Below, piece after piece: positions 6,904 to 12,919 of a stretch of DNA of 32,000 nt. The stretch is from Dickeya dadantii NCPPB 898 (GTDB lineage: Bacteria > Pseudomonadota > Gammaproteobacteria > Enterobacterales > Enterobacteriaceae), in NCBI RefSeq assembly GCF_000406145.1, contig NZ_CM001976.1, positions 2,413,543-2,445,542 of the forward strand. The letters are read 5' to 3'. Position numbers and translations under genes: made by a program. Each line of letters starts with the position of its first letter. Position 1 is the stretch's first letter. The notes beneath the pieces are model-generated. The model saw nothing but the letters and a program-made list of their open reading frames with translations, did not search any database and was not told the origin of the DNA.

Positions 6904-8028
6904 ATGCGGTCAATACTTCACCATAACGAAAGCATCACCGTGAACGAACGCATGGTGCTGGACATTGTTCGCCGCCATCGAAACATCATGCGCTCGGCGG
7001 TTTCTCCGCTGACCAACCTCACCCAACCGTCGGTGCACCGCATCATCGACAGCCTGCTGGAGCGCGGGCTGCTACGGCTGGGCGAATGCATCGTGCACGG
7101 ACGCGGCAAACCCAGTCCGGCGCTGGAACTGGCGCCCGCCGCGCGCTACAGCATCGGCATTTCGGTAAATACGGATATGCTGGCGTTCTGCCTGTGCGAT
7201 TTCAGTTGCCAGGTATTGCATGAAGAAACGCTGGATATCGCGCTGAATGACCGCACTCGGGCGATGTTTACGCTGAAAGACCGGGTGCGCAAGACGCTGC
7301 AACACTACGCTATTCCGGCGTCGACGGTCGTCGGCATCGGGTTTGCCATCGCCGGTTATCTGATGGAAGAAAAGCGGTTGTTCAATGCGCCGGAGCCGCT
7401 GCGCGACTGGTCACTGGTGGATCTCAAAAGCGAACTGGAAACGTTGTTCGACCTGGACGTCTGGACGGAGAACAACGCCACTACCGGCGCAATTGGCGAA
7501 TCGGTGCTGGGCGCGGGGCTGTACTATCCCACCTTCGGCTACCTGTCGTTCAATTACGGCTTTGGCGCCGGCCTCATCCTCAATGGGCAGCCGTTTTCCG
7601 GTGCGTTCGGCAATGCCGGTGAGATCAGCCGCATTTATACCGAGCAGGAATTCACCTCCCGTCCGGCGCTGGGTGAACTGATCAAGCGGCTTAATGCGCG
7701 CGGTATCGATATCCAGCGGGTAAGCGCCCTGCGCCAGCAGTTCGACCCGCAATGGCCGGGCGTAGACGACTGGGTGGCGGAGGTCAGGCCATACCTGAAC
7801 CGGGCGATTGACGCGCTGCGGGCGGTGATTGACCCGGCCGCCATCGTGTTCGGCGGTGAATTGCCGACGGCGCTGGGCAAGATGCTGCTCGACGTGCCGC
7901 CGATCCAGCAGCCGCCACGTTACGGTCTCGCCGCCCAATATCCCCAACTGTTGCTAAGCCAGATCCAGCACGACCCGTCGGTGATTGGCGCGGCGTTGAT
8001 GCCGCTTAAAGCACGTTATTTCGCCTGA
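6904..8028 (+). CDS. ROK family transcriptional regulator (NagC/Mlc-like, N-terminal wHTH)
   Basis: N-terminal wHTH-like segment (..MVLDIVRRHRNIMRSAVSPLTNLTQPSVHRIIDSLLERGLL..). Sugar-kinase/ROK fold glycine motifs (..GIGFAIAGY.., ..NNATTGAIGE.., ..GFGAGLILNGQPFSGAFGNAGEI..). Divergent from the ABC operon. Confidence 0.8.
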   Translation: MRSILHHNESITVNERMVLDIVRRHRNIMRSAVSPLTNLTQPSVHRIIDSLLERGLLRLGECIVHGRGKPSPALELAPAARYSIGISVNTDMLAFCLCDFSCQVLHEETLDIALNDRTRAMFTLKDRVRKTLQHYAIPASTVVGIGFAIAGYLMEEKRLFNAPEPLRDWSLVDLKSELETLFDLDVWTENNATTGAIGESVLGAGLYYPTFGYLSFNYGFGAGLILNGQPFSGAFGNAGEISRIYTEQEFTSRPALGELIKRLNARGIDIQRVSALRQQFDPQWPGVDDWVAEVRPYLNRAIDALRAVIDPAAIVFGGELPTALGKMLLDVPPIQQPPRYGLAAQYPQLLLSQIQHDPSVIGAALMPLKARYFA

Positions 8029-8084
8029 CGCCCGTTTGGCGTAAGCCAACTGCAAACCAGAGATTATGAGTGACGGCGTCACGT

Positions 8085-8978
8085 TTAAACCGGCGTCGAC
8101 GCGGCCGTCAGCAGCGTCACCAGGGTGGCGACCTCGGCGTCGCAGGGCTGCTTTTCTTCCTCTACCACCAGATATAACGGGGTGAAACGCCGACCGCCCT
8201 GTGGCAGCGACAACGGCTTCAGCTCGCCGGAAGCCAGCCAGGGTGCGATACGCGCCTCCGGCATCCAGCCATAACCGACGCCATGCATGACCGCTTCTAT
8301 CGCGGCTTCCACCGTGGTGAACGTCCAGTTTTCCGCGCTGGCCGGCTTACGCAAACTGTCTTTTTGCTGTTGTCGGTCGATGATTTCAATCAGCGGATAT
8401 GCCGCGAGATCCTGAAACGCCAACGGCGCGGCTAACCGGTGCAACGGATGATCGGCCCGTGCTACGGCCACAAACGCCATTTCCATCAGCAGCCTTCCCC
8501 GATTGATGCCGTCCCACGGCCGGGAAATCAGCCAGATATCCGCCTGACGATCCGCCAGTTGCGCCCGATTTTCACTACGCAGCACCTCCATCAGGTGCAC
8601 CTGCGTATGCGGGTGGCGAGACTGAAAATCGCGCAGTGCGCCAAACAGCGTGGACTTGGGAAAAATGCTGTCCACCACCAGGTCGATTCTGGCTCGTCCG
8701 CCACGTCGCAGCACCTCCGCCCGCGACTCCAGCGCCTGAAAGGCATTGAGCAACGGGATAACCTGCGCCAGCAATTGCTGCCCCTGCGCCGTCAGCACCG
8801 TTCTGCGCCCGGATGGCGCCAGCAGCGACACCCCCAGCCGCTCCTGCATCAACGACAATTGATAGCTGACCGAAGATTGACTGCGGTTGAACGCTTGCGC
8901 CGCCGCGGCAAAGCCGCCCAGTTCCACCACCGCCTGCAGCAGCGTCCATTGTTCCAGTGTGGTTTTCGTCAACACCAT
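8085..8978 (-). CDS. LysR family transcriptional regulator
   Basis: Typical LTTR N-terminus (..LEQWTLLQAVVELGGFAAAAQAFNRSQSSVSYQLSLMQERLGVSLL..). 297 aa. Divergent from the decarboxylase gene. Confidence 0.9.
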   Translation of the reverse strand: MVLTKTTLEQWTLLQAVVELGGFAAAAQAFNRSQSSVSYQLSLMQERLGVSLLAPSGRRTVLTAQGQQLLAQVIPLLNAFQALESRAEVLRRGGRARIDLVVDSIFPKSTLFGALRDFQSRHPHTQVHLMEVLRSENRAQLADRQADIWLISRPWDGINRGRLLMEMAFVAVARADHPLHRLAAPLAFQDLAAYPLIEIIDRQQQKDSLRKPASAENWTFTTVEAAIEAVMHGVGYGWMPEARIAPWLASGELKPLSLPQGGRRFTPLYLVVEEEKQPCDAEVATLVTLLTAASTPV

Positions 8979-9145
8979 GCTTCAGCCCGCCTTTGTATAC
9001 CTAACGACTGTTTATGCACCGAACCTATCGTTCGGTTCATCACCTCAATTCATCTAATTATCGAATTAATTAGCGCTAAAAACAGCGTTATTAATCAACT
9101 TAATCCGCTTTTATACTCCAGATAAGTCAACAGAAGGAAAACAGT
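8979..9145. promoter_or_regulatory. Divergent LysR/pad promoter region with candidate LTTR operators
   Basis: Dyad ACCGAAC-CTATC-GTTCGGT at 9018-9036. AT-rich dyad TAATTATCGAATTAATTA at about 9055-9072. ATTAA-N5-TTAAT further downstream. Confidence 0.45.
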
Positions 9146-9652
9146 ATGAGTAGCTTCGACAAACAGGATCTCAGCGGTTTTGTGGGAAAACATCTGGTCT
9201 ATACCTACGACAACGGCTGGAATTACGAGATATACGTGAAAAATGACCACACGCTGGATTACCGTATCCACAGCGGCATCGTGGGCAATCGCTGGGTGAA
9301 AGACCAGCAAGTGTTTATCGCCCGCGTCGCCCGCGACGTCTGCAAGATCTCCTGGACGGAACCAACCGGCACCGACGTAAGCCTGATCATCAATCTGGGC
9401 GATCGGATTTTCCACGGCACCATTTTCTTCCCCCGCTGGGTGATCAACAACCCGGAAAAAACCGTCTGCTTCCAGAACGATCACATCCCGCTGATGGAGT
9501 CCTATCGTGCGGCAGGCCCGGCCTACCCGACTGAAGTGATTGACGAATTCGCCACCATTACCTTTGTGCGCGACTGCGGCGAAAACGATAACAGCGTCAT
9601 CAATTGCCCGGCCAGCGACCTGCCGGATAATTTCCCGCAGAATCTGCGTTAA
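9146..9652 (+). CDS. padC: Phenolic acid (hydroxycinnamate) decarboxylase
   Basis: Very close to remembered PadC/PadA sequences: ..YTYDNGWNYEIYVKNDHTLDYRIHSG..KISWTEPTGTDVSL..IFFPRWV..TVCFQNDHI... 168 aa. SD AGAAGGAAA. Confidence 0.92.
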   Translation: MSSFDKQDLSGFVGKHLVYTYDNGWNYEIYVKNDHTLDYRIHSGIVGNRWVKDQQVFIARVARDVCKISWTEPTGTDVSLIINLGDRIFHGTIFFPRWVINNPEKTVCFQNDHIPLMESYRAAGPAYPTEVIDEFATITFVRDCGENDNSVINCPASDLPDNFPQNLR

Positions 9653-9660
9653 GTCCCCCC

Positions 9661-9690
9661 ACGGCGGCCCGTCCGGTCCGCCGTTTTTTC
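9661..9690 (+). terminator. Rho-independent terminator of the decarboxylase gene
   Basis: ACGGCGG (9661-9667), 10-nt loop, CCGCCGT (9678-9684), T6 (9685-9690). Confidence 0.8.
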
Positions 9691-9887
9691 TTTCCTGCCG
9701 TACCGTATTCCCCCTACGTAATACGTCTGCATCGGGCAAAACCAGACTTCACCTAATTGACCGGCAACGCCATAAATTGAAGTGGAACGCCATTTTGAAA
9801 AATGCAAAAATCATTCGTCCCGCGTGAATACCGCCTGTTTTCACGGTTTACAGAATAACCGTTCACTTTATTTATGGATGAAGAAAT

Positions 9888-11165
9888 ATGGATATTTTGC
9901 TTAGTCTGGTCAAAACCCCTGCGGTGATTATCGCCATCGTGGCGTTTCTCGGATTGCTGTTTCAGCGCGCCCCGCTTTCCCGCCTGATTACCGGTACGTT
10001 TCTGTCTTTTATCGGTTTCACCATGATCAAAATTGGCGGCAGCATTCTGATGAAAGTGCTGACCGCCTTCAGTTCGTTGTTTTCTCACGCCTTCGATATT
10101 GTCGGCGTGGTGCCCAGCAATGAAGCGATTATGGCGGCGACCATTGACAAGATTGGCGCGACCGCCGCGCTGATCCTGCTGTTCGCCATGGTGCTAAATA
10201 TTCTGCTGGCCCGATTCACCCGGCTGAAATACATCTACCTGTCGCTGCATCTGGTGCTGTTCATGGCCTTTGCCTTCACCGCGGTACTGATTCAGCTTAA
10301 TTACAGCAATACCACTATCATTGTGGTGTCCTCGCTGTTGATCGGCCTTTACATGGCCGCGTCGCCCTATATTCTCAGCCGGTTCAGCCGCGATATCATC
10401 GGTTCCAACGAATACGCCATTTCCCATGCCGCCATCTCGTCTTATGTGCTGGGGTCTTATATGGGGAAATGGTTCGGCAACAAAAACAGCAACACCGAGC
10501 ACCTGACGCTCAGTCAGCGCTTCGACTTTCTCCGCGAGCCGAATGTCGCCACACTGCTGACCATGTTGGTGCTGTTGCTGCTTTCCTGCCTGTTCGCCAC
10601 CCGGCCGCAAATCAGCGACGCTATGGTGATGGTGTACGGCGCTGGCGCGGCGGATAAAAACGTAGTGATTTTTATTCTGGAACAGTCCGCCACCTTCGCC
10701 TGCGGGCTGTATCTGGCCAAGGCCGGCGTAAACCTGTTCACGGCTGAAATCGTGCCGGCGTTCAAGGGCTTCGCCAATGTGTTCGCCCCCGGCGCCATTC
10801 CGGCGGTCGATGTGATGGTGCTGTTTACCAAAGCGCCCAACGCCACGCTGATCGGCTTTCTGATCAGCTTCTCGGTGGAGCTGGTGTGTATTCTGCTGTT
10901 CCCGCTGGTTGGACTGCCGATTATCGTGCCCGGCATCATGGCCAGCTTTATCACCGGCGGCGCCGCCGCCATTTTCGGCAACGCCACCGGCGGCGTGCGC
11001 GGCGCGATTATCGCCAGCAGTCTGAATGGCCTGCTGCTGTGCGTGCTGCCGGCGCTGACATTGCCGCTGTTTTCGCATCTCGGCGCGCAGGGCGTCACAT
11101 TCGCCGACCCGGATTTCACGCTACCGGCGCTGATTCTGGATCATCTGCTGCGCTGGTTTAACTGA
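9888..11165 (+). CDS. PTS ascorbate-type (SgaT/UlaA family) EIIC permease homologue; no IIA/IIB partner in the window
   Basis: 425 aa polytopic membrane protein. It is colinear with E. coli UlaA as remembered (N-terminal ..PAVIIAIVAFLGLLFQR..IGFTMIKIGGSIL.., central ..GVNLFTAEIVPAFKGFANVFAPGAIPAVD..APNATLIGF..). Confidence 0.75.
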   Translation: MDILLSLVKTPAVIIAIVAFLGLLFQRAPLSRLITGTFLSFIGFTMIKIGGSILMKVLTAFSSLFSHAFDIVGVVPSNEAIMAATIDKIGATAALILLFAMVLNILLARFTRLKYIYLSLHLVLFMAFAFTAVLIQLNYSNTTIIVVSSLLIGLYMAASPYILSRFSRDIIGSNEYAISHAAISSYVLGSYMGKWFGNKNSNTEHLTLSQRFDFLREPNVATLLTMLVLLLLSCLFATRPQISDAMVMVYGAGAADKNVVIFILEQSATFACGLYLAKAGVNLFTAEIVPAFKGFANVFAPGAIPAVDVMVLFTKAPNATLIGFLISFSVELVCILLFPLVGLPIIVPGIMASFITGGAAAIFGNATGGVRGAIIASSLNGLLLCVLPALTLPLFSHLGAQGVTFADPDFTLPALILDHLLRWFN

Positions 11166-11222
11166 CGTCTCGTTCAATCCACCCCAAACAATCCATCAAA
11201 ACAATCCATCCCAAATAAATAT

Positions 11223-11246
11223 CCTCCGGCATAGCCGGAGGTTTTT
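11223..11246 (+). terminator. Rho-independent terminator of the IIC gene
   Basis: CCTCCGGC (11223-11230), loop ATA, GCCGGAGG (11234-11241), T5. Confidence 0.8.
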
Positions 11247-11478
11247 CATATGCGCCTATAAGGCTCTGTTACCAGCCGCGCCCTAACAGGCGCATCGCAA
11301 TCTGACATTTGCATCCAAATCCGTTACTTACGGCCCGTAAACGGGCTACCTGGATACGGGATTGATAACTGTTCGCCCAGTTTATCCTGCTCTAAATAAC
11401 TGTTCCTAATAGTAGATCACTTCCGGAACTTACACCAAATTGAAGGTACCCCTCAATATTGAAGTGTTTAAACGACAA

Positions 11479-11937
11479 TCAAAGATCCAGCTTTTCCAGC
11501 AATATTCGTCTGTACACATTAGTCTGCCGTTTGATGAAGCCTGTCTTTTTATAAAGCTCATTTGCTGCTACACGTTCTGAACGGGACGTCAGATCAATAT
11601 AACGTGCTCCGTAGGTACGTGAGTAAACAATAGCAGAATGAAGTAATTCAGAGGCGATCCCTCTTCGTCTGAACCGGGTACCGACAATCACGTCTTCAAT
11701 AATACACTTCTTACCCGACAGCAGTGTTACGCAAACTAATGTCAACATACCCGCTGGTGCTGGTATTGCATCGTCATAAGCCACAAATATTTGTACCGGT
11801 TCAGAGTTAATAATTCCTTTAATAACATCGACTTCCAGATCTGATGCTGTTTCTGACAGCTCAGACAGTAAATTCGTCAAATCGGAAACCAGAGTCTCAG
11901 TTACTGATGAAAGACGTTCAACCCTGATGTTTTGCAT
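11479..11937 (-). CDS. GNAT family N-acetyltransferase
   Basis: 152 aa. Acetyl-CoA binding motif A region: ..IEDVIVGTRFRRRGIASELLHSAI... C-terminal ..NELYKKTGF... The gene is visibly AT-richer than its flanks. Confidence 0.8.
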   Translation of the reverse strand: MQNIRVERLSSVTETLVSDLTNLLSELSETASDLEVDVIKGIINSEPVQIFVAYDDAIPAPAGMLTLVCVTLLSGKKCIIEDVIVGTRFRRRGIASELLHSAIVYSRTYGARYIDLTSRSERVAANELYKKTGFIKRQTNVYRRILLEKLDL

Positions 11938-12071
11938 TCCAGCACCGCTCCTGTGAGTTTGCTTATATGGCTGCCCATATTCAGGCAGTAGCGTATTTTT
12001 TCAGGAACTCAGTCCCGGTTGCGGGATCTGACCAATCGTCAGAGACTCCAAATCACCAGCCGGACTGAGCA

Positions 12072-12527
12072 ATGCCAATTATAGCTTTCATTTCCCGTAC
12101 TGAACGACGCATGATGCAGAAAACTATTCACAGAACAAAGGATAAAAACCATGCCCGCAGACTGACCGCCATGCTGATGCTGCACCGGGGCGACAGTGTC
12201 AGCCATGTTGCCAGAACACTCTGTTGCGCCCGCTCATCCGTGGGGCGATGGATTAACTGGTTTACGTTATATGGTGTGGAAGGCCTGAAATCCTTACCCG
12301 CAGGGCGTGGCCGCCGCTGGCCGTTTGAACATATCTGTGCACTGCTGCGTGAACTTGTAAAATATTCTCCGGGCGATTTTGGTTATCAGCGTTCACGCTG
12401 GAGCACGGAACTGCTGGCGATAAAAATCAGGGATATAACCGGATGTCCGTTACATTCCTCTACGGTTCGTCGCTAGCTGCCCGCTGCTGGTCTGGTATGG
12501 CGCAGAGCTGCCCCCACACTGCGTATC
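12072..12527 (+). mobile_element. IS630-family transposase gene remnant (5' part only, with an in-frame nonsense codon)
   Basis: N-terminal HTH region MPIIAFISRTERRMMQKTIHRTKDKNHARRLTAMLMLHRGDSVSHVARTLCCARSSVGRWINWF..GYQRSRWSTELLA..STVRR matches remembered IS630-family transposases. TAG at 12474-12476 sits where those have Trp. The same frame continues LPAAGLVWRRAAPTLRI and then homology stops at about 12527. Confidence 0.8.
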
Positions 12528-12860
12528 ATATGTATGTGATCAGCACAGCTCTCGGCTTCCAGAATCTGCACATTTTTCCATTCACACAGTTTTCTTAAGA
12601 TACTCCCTACTACCCGCCGTTTCTCACCGTAGAAGACCTGTCTTCGGTATTTCGGTGCGAAAACTATGTGATATTTACAGTTCCAGCGGGTGTGCGCTAA
12701 GCTCTTTTCGTCCCCCATTGGGACCCCCTTTTGATTTCTTGTTTGACCATTGCAGTTGCCAGACCGCAAGGTGTTTTAACAAATCAAAAGGGGTTTTTAT
12801 ATCCGCCCCAAAGCTGGAAGCTTTACGGAACCCCCAGCCTAGCTGGGGGTTTTCTATAGA
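12527..12860 (-). mobile_element. tnpA: IS200 remnant: left end, 5'UTR hairpins and the first 64 codons of tnpA (Y1 transposase)
   Basis: MGDEKSLAHTRWNCKYHIVFAPKYRRQVFYGEKRRVVGSILRKLCEWKNVQILEAESCADHIHM (ATG at 12718) is near-identical to remembered IS200 TnpA, then diverges. Upstream lie the characteristic IS200 hairpins: CCCCCAGCCTAGCTGGGGG (12831-12849) and the RBS-occluding stem (12725-12795). The outer boundary is approximate. Confidence 0.85.
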
Positions 12861-12864
12861 CAAT

Positions 12865-12896
12865 AAAACGGCAGGCTCTGGTGGCCTGCCGTTTTT
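12865..12896. terminator. Bidirectional hairpin terminator (serves the MCP gene)
   Basis: AAAA, ACGGCAGGC (12868-12876), loop TCTGGTG, GCCTGCCGT (12884-12892), TTTTT. It has A/T runs on both sides and lies 24 nt downstream of the MCP stop. Confidence 0.8.
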
Positions 12897-12919
12897 CTTG
12901 GTGATACCGAAACGCCGGC

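Noticed and set aside
11479-11937. GNAT gene considered as the toxin of a GNAT/RHH (TacT/AtaT-type) toxin-antitoxin pair
   Set aside because: No small ORF for an RHH/DUF1778-type antitoxin lies upstream on the minus strand. The next 134 bp are non-coding and are followed by a + strand IS630 fragment. At 152 aa the protein gives no specific indication of a tRNA-acetylating toxin.
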